The notes: generated by a model from the letters alone, not told the origin. 64,000 nucleotides of DNA from an uncultured Bacteroidales bacterium (GCA_947169105.1 CAMVOL010000001.1:7570-71569); one strand, 5' to 3'; shown: positions 55,055 through 64,000, counted from the stretch's first letter. Numbers and translations: made by a program.

Positions 55055-56056
55055 TTAGTCACCGAGGGTGGCAACCATCACGGCCTTGATGGTGTGCATG
55101 CGGTTTTCGGCTTCGTCGAAAACGATGGAGGCTTCGGATTCGAAAACGTCTTCCGTCACTTCGATGCCGTCCAAGCCGAACTGTTTGTGAACGTCGCGGC
55201 CCACTTGGGTTTCGAGGTTGTGGTAAGCCGGCAGACAGTGCATGAATTTGCATTTCGGGTTGCCAGTGAGGGCCATCGTTTCCTTGTTCACCTGATAGGG
55301 TTTCAGCATATTGATGCGTTCTTTCCAAACCTCAGCGGGTTCGCCCATGGAAACCCACACGTCGGTATAGAGGAAGTCGCAGCCCTTGACACCCTTCTTC
55401 ACATCGTCGGTAACCGTAATCTTGGCGCCGGTTTCCTTGGCAATCTTCTTGCAGATGTCGATGAGTTCCTTGCTGGGCTGAAGTTTCTTGGGAGCCACGA
55501 TGCGCACGTCCATGCCCATCTTGGCACCACCCACCATCAGGGAGTTACCCATGTTGAAGCGGGCATCGCCGAGGTAAGCGTAAGAAACTTGATTGAGGGG
55601 TTTGTCGCTGTGCTCACGCATCGTGAGGAAGTCGGCCAGAATCTGGGTCGGATGGAATTCGTTGGTGAGGCCGTTCCAGACGGGCACGCCGGCGTGTTTA
55701 GCCAGCTCCTCAACGGTGGCTTGAGTGAAGCCGCGGTATTCGATGCCGTCGAACATACGTCCGAGCACGCGGGCGGTGTCAGCCATGGACTCTTTGATGC
55801 CGATTTGGGAACCGGAGGGACCGAGGTAGGTGACGTGGGCACCCTGGTCGTAAGCGGCCACCTCGAAAGCACAGCGGGTACGGGTGGAGGTTTTCTCGAA
55901 AATCAAAGCGATGTTCTTGCCTTTCATACGGGGCTGTTCCGTGCCGTTGTATTTGGCCTTTTTCAGGTCAGCGGCGAGGTCCAGCAGGTATTGGATTTCG
56001 CGGGGGGTGAAATCTAACAGTTTCAGGAAGTTTCTGTTTCTAAGATTAAATGCCAT
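55055..56056 (-). CDS. argF: Ornithine carbamoyltransferase
   Basis: 333 aa. Has the STRTR, HPTQ, DVWVSMG and HCLPA motifs. Whether its role is anabolic or catabolic cannot be told from sequence. Confidence 0.9.
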   Translation of the reverse strand: MAFNLRNRNFLKLLDFTPREIQYLLDLAADLKKAKYNGTEQPRMKGKNIALIFEKTSTRTRCAFEVAAYDQGAHVTYLGPSGSQIGIKESMADTARVLGRMFDGIEYRGFTQATVEELAKHAGVPVWNGLTNEFHPTQILADFLTMREHSDKPLNQVSYAYLGDARFNMGNSLMVGGAKMGMDVRIVAPKKLQPSKELIDICKKIAKETGAKITVTDDVKKGVKGCDFLYTDVWVSMGEPAEVWKERINMLKPYQVNKETMALTGNPKCKFMHCLPAYHNLETQVGRDVHKQFGLDGIEVTEDVFESEASIVFDEAENRMHTIKAVMVATLGD

Positions 56057-56123
56057 AATAAATTGATTTTTAATTGTTTATAAAAATATTTCAATAAATT
56101 TCGCTTGTTTGATCAAAAGCGGG

Positions 56124-56131
56124 CAAAAGTA
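56124..56131 (-). promoter_or_regulatory. Bacteroidota -7 box (TActTTTG) for the carbamoyltransferase
   Basis: Exact motif on the minus strand, 68 nt upstream of the ATG at 56056. Confidence 0.45.
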
Positions 56132-56144
56132 CAAAAATAAATAC

Positions 56145-56152
56145 TACTTTTG
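56145..56152 (+). promoter_or_regulatory. Bacteroidota -7 box (TActTTTG) for the serine hydrolase
   Basis: Exact motif 24 nt upstream of the ATG at 56176. Confidence 0.55.
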
Positions 56153-56175
56153 CCATCCCATTAACCTTATCTTGA

Positions 56176-57339
56176 ATGAAAAAATTTATCGCCTTCACCT
56201 TGCTGGTGTTGCCCTTCCTTTATGCCTATTCGGTCGTTTACCCCAAATATACGCCTTCCAAGCCCCTCAAATCTCTGACAACCACAGAGTTGAACCAGCT
56301 TTTTGATGAAGCGAACGCCACCTATAAGCAGCAGTCGCTGAAGCTTTTTGCCGACGATATGTGCACCCGTCTCAACGGTTCAATGCTCGTTGCGAAGGGG
56401 AAAGATGTGCTTCTGAAACGCTCCTCTGGTTACAAAAAACTGAATGCCAAGCGGGCTGACCAGCGCATTGCTGACACTACCTGCTTCGAATTAGCCTCCG
56501 TCTCCAAGCAGTTCACCGCGATAGCCATCCTCCAGCTTGCCGACAAAGGGAAATTGGATCTCAGCGACCCCGTCACCAAGTTCTTTCCAGAGCTGCCGTA
56601 TTCGGGCGTGACAGTAAGGCATCTGCTCACCCACACCTCCGGACTGCCGGAGTACTTCGATTGGGGCAAGGGCATTTTCGGCAATTCCGACAACCTCATC
56701 TGCAACGACGATGTGGTGCGGGTTCTTGCTCGCCGCCGGCTCAAGCTGATTTTCCGTACCGGCAGCCAGTACAAATACACCAATACCAACTATATGCTGT
56801 TGGCGGCTATCGTGAAGAAGGTGTCGGGGATGTCTTTTGAGAATTATATGGCCGAAAACATCTTCAAGCCCGCCGGGATGACGCACTCGTTTTATGTGAA
56901 CCAGCGGAGCAAGCACCCTGAGTGCAGCATCGCCAGCGGACACTACAGCAACGGCGCACCGCTGCCGCTCTACTACCTCGACGGCTCCGTCGGTGACAAA
57001 GGGATGTACTCCAACGTCAACGACCTGTTTCTGTGGAAGAAGGCGCTGTTCGACGATTTCAAGATCCTTCCCGAAAAGTGGGTGGAGGCGGCGATCCTGC
57101 CGGAAAACATCCTCAAGAACGGGAAATTTCCCGAGGATTTGTATGGTTACGGCTTCCACTTGGAGGATAACCCGTCGTACGGGATGCTGGTCTATCACGG
57201 CGGCCTCTGGCGCGGTTTCCACCATGTGATGCTTTACTACCCCAACGAGGACATCTTCGTCGTGTTCCTCAGCAACTACTGCAACCGTGCCCACCGCGGC
57301 AAGAATATGGAGGTGCTGCGGGTGCTGTGCGGAGTCTAA
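56176..57339 (+). CDS. Serine hydrolase of the beta-lactamase/PBP4* (class C-like) family
   Basis: 387 aa with a signal peptide. Has the SxxK motif SVSKQF and a downstream YxN (YTNTNY). Confidence 0.85.
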   Translation: MKKFIAFTLLVLPFLYAYSVVYPKYTPSKPLKSLTTTELNQLFDEANATYKQQSLKLFADDMCTRLNGSMLVAKGKDVLLKRSSGYKKLNAKRADQRIADTTCFELASVSKQFTAIAILQLADKGKLDLSDPVTKFFPELPYSGVTVRHLLTHTSGLPEYFDWGKGIFGNSDNLICNDDVVRVLARRRLKLIFRTGSQYKYTNTNYMLLAAIVKKVSGMSFENYMAENIFKPAGMTHSFYVNQRSKHPECSIASGHYSNGAPLPLYYLDGSVGDKGMYSNVNDLFLWKKALFDDFKILPEKWVEAAILPENILKNGKFPEDLYGYGFHLEDNPSYGMLVYHGGLWRGFHHVMLYYPNEDIFVVFLSNYCNRAHRGKNMEVLRVLCGV

Positions 57340-59360
57340 AGCCCGTGCGCCTGCCGGAACTCCTGCTCCTTCTGCTTGTCGCCCATGTCGCCGTATAGCA
57401 TCGCGATGTTGTTCATCACGTGGCGGTTGTCTGGCTCTATTTCGAGAGCTTTCGTCATGAAATCCAGCGCTTTGCCGAAGTCGCCCTTGGTGGCGTAGGC
57501 AATGCCGAGGTTTTCATACGCACTGGCAAATTCGGGATCCAGCTCAATGGCTTTTTGCAGATACGGGATGGCCGCGTCAATGTCCCCCTTCTTTTCACCA
57601 TAAATGCGTCCTAACAAGTTGTACAATTGCGCCGTAGGAGCCTGTTCCAACAGTTCGTTGGCCAACGTGAGCGCCTCCTCCGTTTTGTCCTCCTCCATCA
57701 GCTTGGAGACGTAATCGGCACCGCTCTGCCGTATCACCTCTTGCGTCAGCTTCAGGTTGTCGGCGGCCAGCTTGTCGTTGGGGTCGGTCTGGAGAATAAT
57801 TTCATAGCATTGGCGGGCACGGTCGTAATCTTCCTTCTGGAAGTACATTTTCCCGAGCAGCGAATACGATTCCGCCGTGTTGCTTCCCAGCTCGAAAGCG
57901 CGGAGCAGATACTCTTCCGCCCGCTTCAGGTATTTCTTTTGGCCCGTCTGGTCGTAAAGTTTCAGATAGCTCCCGCCCGCTGATACGTTGCACTTGATGC
58001 TATTCTTGGAGGTCTTCACATCGGTGGTGAACAGCCTGATGTCATCGTACCAGACGAGGTTGCGGGCCGCCGTCTTCCCGCCGTACAGCAGGCACAGCAG
58101 AACCATTGCAGCCGTCATCACCTTGCCAGAAACGTTGGTCTTCTGCAACTTTTGTATCAGCGCCGCCACAATCAGCGTGAAACCCAACAGCGACGTGAAC
58201 AAGAAACGTTCGTTCATAAACGTGCCCACATTAAATAGCAAGTTGGAGGTGATGGAGAAGGTGATGATGAAGAAAAGGATGCCGAACGAAATGGGATTTT
58301 TCTTTTTTAAAGTAATGATAGCCAATACAATGAGTGCGATAATAATAAGGGAGATAAGGATGACGAGGGGGTTGGCAAAGTTGGTAATTTCAATCTGGTG
58401 AGGGTAGTAGTCATGGGTTTGAGGATACGGAAACAGCATCAGTTTCAGATAGATGCCCCACGTGAGGATGACGGTGGCGATGGTTTGGGCTTTGGTGGCA
58501 TAGAGGTAGGGGTTGTTGAGGATGAGGTCGGAGGTACTCTGGTTCATGAGACCGCCAAGGGCGTGAGTTCGGGCGATGAGGAACAATACGACAGCCCCAA
58601 CCAAAGGCAGTAGCGTAAGGAGGTAGTCGCTCCATTTTTTCTGTGTGTCAAGAAAATAGAGTGCCAACGGCACGACGGCGAGGAAAGTGACGGCATTTTC
58701 TTTGGAGAAGATGCCGAACAGCATTGCCACAAAGGAGAGGAGCAGCCACCACCACTTGCGGTCGCTGACGAAGCGGAGGGAGGCGTACAGCGCAAGGACG
58801 GCACCAAGCATGCACATGATTTCGTCGCGTCCCTTGACGTTGGCCACGGCCTCCGTATGGAGCGGGTGCAGGGCAAACAGCAGCGTGGCGAGGAAGGGCA
58901 CGGAAAAGTACCATTTCTCATTTTCCAATTTCGGGAAAAGCCGTTTGAGGACAGCATAAACGCTGAGACACAGCAGGATAAAGAGTATAAGATTTCCCAG
59001 ATGCTGCATGACAGGCATGATGCTGTCAGAAAAAAGCTGCTCATTCTGCGGTGCCTGATGGAAGCCGGCATAGTCGCGGATGTAGCCGCCGAAAAGTTCA
59101 TATTCGAGAATGAAGGTGACTTGCGAGAGGGGGCGGTATCGGCCGCCGGCCACGAGCGTTCCAGTGTCCCCGAAGTAGCCGGAGAAAGCGTCTTTGGTCA
59201 TCACATCGGGGATTCCGGCGAAACCCTTCAGGGTGTAGTCGTTTTCGTAGATAATCAGCCGGTCATCGGAGGCGTAGTGCAGGGTGAGCGTGTCGGCGTA
59301 GGCAACGATGATGGCGAGGATGAGGACAAAGATGCGGATTTTTTCGGATTTCAAGGCCAA
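57336..59360 (-). CDS. Polytopic membrane protein with C-terminal TPR repeats (PMT/TMTC-like putative glycosyltransferase)
   Basis: 674 aa. About 10 TM helices are followed by several TPR units (...AESYSLLGKMYFQKEDYDRARQCYE..., ...AYENLGIAYATKGDFGKALDF...). Only a TTG start is available, because an in-frame TAA lies 12 nt upstream. Confidence 0.7.
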   Translation of the reverse strand: MALKSEKIRIFVLILAIIVAYADTLTLHYASDDRLIIYENDYTLKGFAGIPDVMTKDAFSGYFGDTGTLVAGGRYRPLSQVTFILEYELFGGYIRDYAGFHQAPQNEQLFSDSIMPVMQHLGNLILFILLCLSVYAVLKRLFPKLENEKWYFSVPFLATLLFALHPLHTEAVANVKGRDEIMCMLGAVLALYASLRFVSDRKWWWLLLSFVAMLFGIFSKENAVTFLAVVPLALYFLDTQKKWSDYLLTLLPLVGAVVLFLIARTHALGGLMNQSTSDLILNNPYLYATKAQTIATVILTWGIYLKLMLFPYPQTHDYYPHQIEITNFANPLVILISLIIIALIVLAIITLKKKNPISFGILFFIITFSITSNLLFNVGTFMNERFLFTSLLGFTLIVAALIQKLQKTNVSGKVMTAAMVLLCLLYGGKTAARNLVWYDDIRLFTTDVKTSKNSIKCNVSAGGSYLKLYDQTGQKKYLKRAEEYLLRAFELGSNTAESYSLLGKMYFQKEDYDRARQCYEIILQTDPNDKLAADNLKLTQEVIRQSGADYVSKLMEEDKTEEALTLANELLEQAPTAQLYNLLGRIYGEKKGDIDAAIPYLQKAIELDPEFASAYENLGIAYATKGDFGKALDFMTKALEIEPDNRHVMNNIAMLYGDMGDKQKEQEFRQAHGL

Positions 59361-59372
59361 TGGTTTTGGGGG

Positions 59373-59540
59373 TTATCTCAACTTCTTGATGCGGGCGGGG
59401 CTGAGCACCTCCACGCGGTCGTTGCGCAGGACGGCGATGGGCGTGCGGGTGCGCAACTTATCGTCCAACATCTTGTTGGAAGCATCGGACATGCCTTTGA
59501 TAATTTTCCGTCTAAGTCGTTGAATTTCTGTTTCCTTCAT
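59373..59540 (-). CDS. Small ORF (55 aa), candidate partner of the zeta-like ATPase
   Basis: MKETEIQRLRRKIIKGMSDASNKMLDDKLRTRTPIAVLRNDRVEVLSPARIKKLR. The ATG lies 29 nt inside the 3' end of the ATPase gene. Confidence 0.45.
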   Translation of the reverse strand: MKETEIQRLRRKIIKGMSDASNKMLDDKLRTRTPIAVLRNDRVEVLSPARIKKLR

Positions 59541-60105
59541 AACTAATGCGGATTTGGTTATAAATTTCGTTATCAAAAATTTCCTGAGGTTTGTCTTTGG
59601 TTTTGGCCATCACCAGCTTGGGTTCTTCGCTGGCGTTGTTGAATACCATCACATTGTCGCACAGGGGCATAAAGTGGTCGAAGAAGTTGACGAGGCCGCG
59701 GCGGAAACGGCGTTCGATCACCTTTTCGGGTACGGAGTGACCGCCCTCCTGCACACGCAGGCGCACGCGGGCTTTGGCCAGCTCCACGTCGGGGAGCCAG
59801 AAAAAGATGAGGGTGACATAATAGCCCCGCTTCTGCGCCACACGGACGGTGCGCAGGTACGAAATGGCGGCGAGGGTGGTTTCAATGGCAAAGCTCTTTT
59901 CGGCATTCATCAGATCCTCAATGCGGCGGGTCATGATTTTCCCGGCCTCAAAGGTGGCCTTTTCGGGCTGGAACGGGGAGATGCCGCGTGCAATCTCGTC
60001 GGCGTTCACGAACTCCTTGCACTGCAAAATGCCCGGCAGCAGATGAAATGCCGCCGTGGTCTTGCCCGCTCCATTGCATCCCGCTAAAATGTAGAGATTC
60101 TTCAT
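59512..60105 (-). CDS. Zeta-toxin-family P-loop ATPase/kinase (COG4185-like)
   Basis: 197 aa from MKNLYILAGCNGAGKTT (Walker A). Also has ...FAIETTL... and ...RVQEGGHSVPEKVIERRF..., typical of zeta/AAA_33-like kinases. Confidence 0.8.
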   Translation of the reverse strand: MKNLYILAGCNGAGKTTAAFHLLPGILQCKEFVNADEIARGISPFQPEKATFEAGKIMTRRIEDLMNAEKSFAIETTLAAISYLRTVRVAQKRGYYVTLIFFWLPDVELAKARVRLRVQEGGHSVPEKVIERRFRRGLVNFFDHFMPLCDNVMVFNNASEEPKLVMAKTKDKPQEIFDNEIYNQIRISYEGNRNSTT

Positions 60106-60123
60106 ACTCCGAAAAAAGCGGCT

Positions 60124-60131
60124 GCAAAGAT
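60124..60131 (-). promoter_or_regulatory. Bacteroidota -7 box (TAtcTTTG) for the zeta-like gene
   Basis: Exact motif on the minus strand, 19 nt upstream of the ATG at 60105. Confidence 0.5.
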
Positions 60132-60330
60132 AAATAAAATTTTGGGAATGTGAATAAATGTTAAACAAGGGTTTGTCAAGGTCAAACGGTTTATAAAGTT
60201 CATCCTTTCCAAAAAGTTGAAAAGAATTCTCGAAGAAAATCATAACATATTGATTATTATATATTTACAAAATGTTGAAAAATAGTTTATAAGTTTTTTT
60301 CACATTTATTTTTAATCCAAAAACAAGCCA

Positions 60331-60338
60331 TATCTTTG
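60331..60338 (+). promoter_or_regulatory. Bacteroidota -7 box (TAtcTTTG) for the riboswitch-nrdDG transcript
   Basis: Exact motif immediately 5' of the riboswitch P1 stem. Confidence 0.55.
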
Positions 60339-60492
60339 CAGGCGTTCGGGTTCTGAAAAGACTAACAGGGAACATTGTGAGAATCAATGGCTATACCCGT
60401 AGCTGTAAGTTCCGAAAATGCATTTTCAGACAAAAGTCACTGACTTTCGGGTCGGGAAGACGATGAAAATGGGAACAAGCCAGAAGACCTGC
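60338..60492 (+). ncRNA. Cobalamin (B12) riboswitch
   Basis: The conserved core is AGGGAA..GTGAGAATC..GC..ACCCG.AGCTGTAA. The B12 box is AAGCCAGAAGACCTGCC. P1 pairs GCAGG (60338-60342) with CCTGC (60488-60492). It lies 114 nt upstream of nrdD. Confidence 0.85.
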
Positions 60493-60605
60493 CCAAACAT
60501 GTTGTTCATGCTTTCGGGACTAAAAGCAAAACGATGAAAACCATCGCCATCCTTTTGCCCCAAAGCAAAATTGTTTAACCTTAACCTGTTGATAACCAGA
60601 TTAGT

Positions 60606-62690
60606 ATGGAGGATTTGTACATCATTAAACGCAACGGAAAGCGAGAGCCTTTTTCCGTAGAAAAAATCAAAAACGCCATCTCCAAGGCCTTCCTTTCCAT
60701 TGACAGTTTCGCCACCCAAGAGGTGCTGATTGATGTGATGAGCCGTCTCAAGATTTACGACGGCATTTCTGTGGAAGAGATCCAAAACCAAGTGGAGTTC
60801 TCGCTGATGGCCGAACGCTACTACGAGGTGGCCAAGGCGTACATCCTCTATCGCCAACGCCATTACGAAGACCGTGAGGTGAAGGAGAAGCTCGACTTCC
60901 TTATTAATTATTGCAACGCCTCCAACGCCGCTACTGGCAGCAAATACGACGCCAACGCCAACGTGGAGCGCAAAAACATCGCCACCCTCATCGGCGAACT
61001 GCCCAAGTCGAACTTCATTCGCCTCAACCGCCGTCTGCTTTGTGACAAGATTAAGGATATGTACGGCAAAGAACTGGCTGACAAGTATATGTATCTGCTG
61101 AACCATCATTTTATCTATAAGAATGATGAAACCAGCATCGCCAACTATTGCGCCAGCATCACCATGTACCCGTGGCTGCTGAACGGCACTATGAGCATCG
61201 GCGGCAATGCCACCGCTCCCACCAACCTCAAATCGTACTGCGGCGGCTTTGTCAATATGGTGTTCATGGTCTCCAGCATGCTTAGCGGCGCCTGCGCCAC
61301 CCCCGAATTCCTGATGTATATGGACTACTTCGTCCGCAAGGAATACGGCGAGGAGTACTACAAGGAGTCAGAAAAGATTGTCGATCTGTCGCTGAAGCAG
61401 CGTTCCATCGACAAAGTGATTACCGACTGCTTCGAGCAGGTGGTCTATTCCATCAACCAGCCGACCGGTGCCCGCAACTTCCAGTCGGTGTTCTGGAACG
61501 TGGCCTACTACGACAAGTACTATTTCCAGAGCTTGTTCGGCGAGTTCGTCTTCCCCGACGGCACCAAGCCCGTCTGGGAGTCACTGAGCTGGCTGCAAAA
61601 GCGGTTCATGCGCTGGTTCAACCAGGAACGCACCCGCGCCGTGCTCACCTTCCCCGTCGAAACGATGGCACTGCTGTCGAAGGACGGCGACATCATGGAT
61701 GCCGAATATGCCGACTTCACCGCCGAGATGTATGCCGCCGGACACTCCTTCTTCACCTACGTGAGCGACAACGCCGACTCGCTGAGCAGCTGCTGCCGTC
61801 TGCGTAACGAGATTCAGGACAATGGTTTCAGCTACACCCTCGGTGCGGGCGGCGTCTCCACCGGCTCCAAGAGCGTGCTCACCATCAACCTCAACCGCTG
61901 CATCCAGTACGAGTGCAAGAACAACATCCCGCACCTCCAATTCGTGGGCGAAGTCATCGAACTGATGCACAAGGTGCAGACCGCCTACAACGAAAACCTC
62001 AAGTATTTGCAGGAGAAGGGAATGCTGCCGCTGTTCGACGCCGGCTACATCGCCATCAACCGCCAGTACCTCACCATCGGTGTCAATGGCCTGGTGGAAG
62101 CGGCCGAATACATGAACATTCCCATCAACGATAACGAGCGGTACCAGCATTTTGTCGAGGAGATCCTCGGTTTGGTGGAGAAGTACAACCACCAGTTCCG
62201 CACGAAAGAGCTGATGTTCAACTGCGAAATGATCCCCGCAGAAAACGTCGGTGTGAAGCACGCCAAGTGGGACCGCGAGGACGGCTACAAGGTGCCCCGC
62301 GACTGCTACAACAGCTATTTCTACAAGGTGGAGGACGACACGCTCAACCTCATCGACAAGTTCCGTCTGCACGGCAAACGGTACATTGCGCACCTCACCG
62401 GCGGCTCCGCCCTGCACGCCAACTTGGAGGAACACCTCTCACAGGCACAATACCGCCAGCTGCTTCGCGTCGCCGCACAGGAAGGCTGCAACTACTTCAC
62501 CTTCAACATCCCCAATACGGTCTGTAACGACTGCGGCCACATCGACAAACGGTATCTGCACGAATGTCCCGAATGCCACAGCAAGAATGTGGACTACCTC
62601 ACCCGCGTCATCGGCTACATGAAACGGGTCAGCAGCTTCTCGCAAGCCCGCCAGGAGGAAGCCAGCAGAAGGTATTACGGCAATATGTAG
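60606..62690 (+). CDS. nrdD: Anaerobic ribonucleoside-triphosphate reductase (class III)
   Basis: 694 aa. Has an N-terminal ATP-cone, a C-terminal zinc site (CNDCGH...CPECHS) and the glycyl-radical motif RVIGYM. Confidence 0.95.
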   Translation: MEDLYIIKRNGKREPFSVEKIKNAISKAFLSIDSFATQEVLIDVMSRLKIYDGISVEEIQNQVEFSLMAERYYEVAKAYILYRQRHYEDREVKEKLDFLINYCNASNAATGSKYDANANVERKNIATLIGELPKSNFIRLNRRLLCDKIKDMYGKELADKYMYLLNHHFIYKNDETSIANYCASITMYPWLLNGTMSIGGNATAPTNLKSYCGGFVNMVFMVSSMLSGACATPEFLMYMDYFVRKEYGEEYYKESEKIVDLSLKQRSIDKVITDCFEQVVYSINQPTGARNFQSVFWNVAYYDKYYFQSLFGEFVFPDGTKPVWESLSWLQKRFMRWFNQERTRAVLTFPVETMALLSKDGDIMDAEYADFTAEMYAAGHSFFTYVSDNADSLSSCCRLRNEIQDNGFSYTLGAGGVSTGSKSVLTINLNRCIQYECKNNIPHLQFVGEVIELMHKVQTAYNENLKYLQEKGMLPLFDAGYIAINRQYLTIGVNGLVEAAEYMNIPINDNERYQHFVEEILGLVEKYNHQFRTKELMFNCEMIPAENVGVKHAKWDREDGYKVPRDCYNSYFYKVEDDTLNLIDKFRLHGKRYIAHLTGGSALHANLEEHLSQAQYRQLLRVAAQEGCNYFTFNIPNTVCNDCGHIDKRYLHECPECHSKNVDYLTRVIGYMKRVSSFSQARQEEASRRYYGNM

Positions 62691-62715
62691 GGATGTCACA
62701 ATGTGGCATCCCTAC
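62687..62715 (+). repeat. GTAG...CTAC clamped hairpin between nrdD and nrdG
   Basis: GTAGGGATGTCAC-AAT-GTGGCATCCCTAC, 13 pairs including one G:T. The nrdD TAG stop (62688-62690) lies inside the 5' arm. Confidence 0.8.
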
Positions 62716-62737
62716 AACGGGTCCGAATGCACCATTT

Positions 62738-63187
62738 ATGAAATACTACAATTTCGACATTGTTTTTCAGGAAATCCCCGATGAGGTGACGTTGGCGGTG
62801 AATATCACCAATTGTCCCAATCATTGTGAGGGGTGCCATAGCCCGCACCTGCACGGCGACATCGGTTTCCCGTTGGACGAGAACGAGATTGACGGTCTAT
62901 TGGCCAAATACGGAAATCAAATCACCTGTTTCTGTTTTATGGGCGGGGATGCCACGCCGCAGGAGGTCGCAAAGTTGGCGGCCTATGTCCGGACGAAAGC
63001 CGCACTGAAGGTGGCGTGGTATTCCGGAAAGCCGCAGCTGCCGGACACATTCGCATCTTTCGATTATGTCAAGACGGGGCCCTACATACCCGAAAAAGGC
63101 GGTTTGAAATCGCGCAACACCAACCAGCGGCTGTACCGCAACCAAGGGGGGAACCCCGTGGATATCACCTCGCGGTTCTGGCGGTAA
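62738..63187 (+). CDS. nrdG: Anaerobic ribonucleotide reductase activating protein (radical SAM)
   Basis: 149 aa from MKYYNFDIVFQE. Has the CxxxCxxC cluster motif CPNHCEGC. Confidence 0.9.
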   Translation: MKYYNFDIVFQEIPDEVTLAVNITNCPNHCEGCHSPHLHGDIGFPLDENEIDGLLAKYGNQITCFCFMGGDATPQEVAKLAAYVRTKAALKVAWYSGKPQLPDTFASFDYVKTGPYIPEKGGLKSRNTNQRLYRNQGGNPVDITSRFWR

Positions 63188-63192
63188 AAAAT

Positions 63193-63220
63193 GTAGAGAC
63201 GCGCCATGGCACGTCTCTAC
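63193..63220. terminator. GTAG...CTAC clamped hairpin; bidirectional terminator
   Basis: GTAGAGACG (63193-63201) pairs with CGTCTCTAC (63212-63220). It lies between the convergent stops at 63187 and 63244. Confidence 0.7.
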
Positions 63221-63243
63221 AAAATTAATATTTCACACAAAAA

Positions 63244-63999
63244 TTATTTCGACAGATATTTATCGATGGAGGCGGCGGCCTTCTTGCCCGCGCCCATCGC
63301 GAGGATGACCGTTGCCGCGCCACTCGCCGCGTCACCACCGCAAAATACGCCTTCCCGTGAAGTCTGTCCCGTGGCCTCGTCCGTCTCGATGCAGTTGCGC
63401 CGGTTCACCTTCAGCCCCGGGGTCGTGCCGGCAATCAGCGGGTTCGGTGACGTGCCCAACGCCATGATCACCATATCGACCTCCAGCTCGAAGTCGCTGC
63501 CGGCCACCTCCACCGGACTGCGGCGGCCACTCGCGTCGGGCTCGCCCAGCTCCATACGGATGCACCGCATACCGCGTACCCAGCCGTTCTCGTCACCGAG
63601 AATCTCCTCCGGATTGCACAGCAGCCTGAAGATGATGCCCTCCTCCTTGGCGTGGTGGACCTCCTCCGCACGGGCCGGCAGCTCGGCTTCGGAACGGCGG
63701 TAAACCACCGTCACCTCGGCACCGAGACGCAACGCCGTACGGGCCGCGTCCATAGCCACGTTGCCGCCACCGACCACCGCCACCTTCTTGCCCACAAAGT
63801 TGGGCGTATCGTAACCTTCGCGATAAGCGAACAGCAGGTTGTTGCGGGTGAGGAACTCGTTGGCGGAAACCACGCCGCACAGGTTCTCACCGGGGATATT
63901 CATGAACTTGGGAAGTCCCGCGCCACTGCCGACAAAGACGGCGGAAAAGCCCTCTTTTTCAAACAGGTCGTCAATGGAAACGGTGCGCCCGATGACCAC
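63244..63999 (-). CDS. NADPH-dependent glutamate synthase small-subunit-like oxidoreductase (GltD/NfnB family), C-terminal part; the gene continues beyond the window
   Basis: 251 codons are visible. Has a second Rossmann motif VAVVGGGNVAMDAAR, and the C-terminal ...VFCGGDAASGAATVILAMGAGKKAA... is typical of the family. Confidence 0.8.
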   Translation of the reverse strand: MVIGRTVSIDDLFEKEGFSAVFVGSGAGLPKFMNIPGENLCGVVSANEFLTRNNLLFAYREGYDTPNFVGKKVAVVGGGNVAMDAARTALRLGAEVTVVYRRSEAELPARAEEVHHAKEEGIIFRLLCNPEEILGDENGWVRGMRCIRMELGEPDASGRRSPVEVAGSDFELEVDMVIMALGTSPNPLIAGTTPGLKVNRRNCIETDEATGQTSREGVFCGGDAASGAATVILAMGAGKKAAASIDKYLSK

Positions 64000-64000
64000 G

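Overview
Chromosomal window from a Bacteroidota, probably Bacteroidales-like, organism. The phylum call rests on TAnnTTTG -7 promoter boxes, T9SS type A and type B sorting domains, DUF1573, meso-DAP dehydrogenase and a four-subunit 2-oxoacid:ferredoxin oxidoreductase. G+C is above 50% by eye, with a few AT-rich islets. Most of the window is dense housekeeping: RseC-like protein, two M16 peptidases, sod, mnmE, ddh, ahcY, a dcw cluster (mraZ-rsmH-ftsL-ftsI-murE-mraY-X-ftsW), an AddB-like nuclease, the kor-type operon, yidC, a MutS-related ATPase, a LolA-like protein, FKBP, rdgB, rpmF/yceD, sppA, tRNA-Leu(CAA), ornithine carbamoyltransferase, and a cobalamin riboswitch in front of nrdDG. I found no CRISPR array, rRNA, prophage, integrase or recognisable multi-gene defence island, and no clearly novel multi-gene system. 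Three things stand out. (1) Almost every intergenic spacer holds structured repeats. These fall into four kinds: heptad-phased RGTANNA/TNNTACY arrays and long hairpins; tandem modules of a GC hairpin followed by CATTTGG, which in two cases supply the stop codon of the upstream gene; GTAG...CTAC-clamped hairpins; and a roughly 76-180 nt element flanking a solitary IS200-like (RAYT-like) Y1 transposase. (2) The murD slot of the dcw cluster holds only a 187-aa, motif-degenerate MurD C-terminal domain, and the cluster stops after ftsW. (3) Smaller accessory items include a zeta-toxin-like ATPase with an overlapping downstream small ORF, a translationally coupled membrane-protein/XRE/GH114-like triad, a frameshifted PagL-like gene, a four-helix-bundle (Avd/23S-IVS family) gene in an AT-rich islet, and two AT-rich orphan secreted proteins. 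All calls come from reading the sequence and the supplied ORF track; no searches were run.
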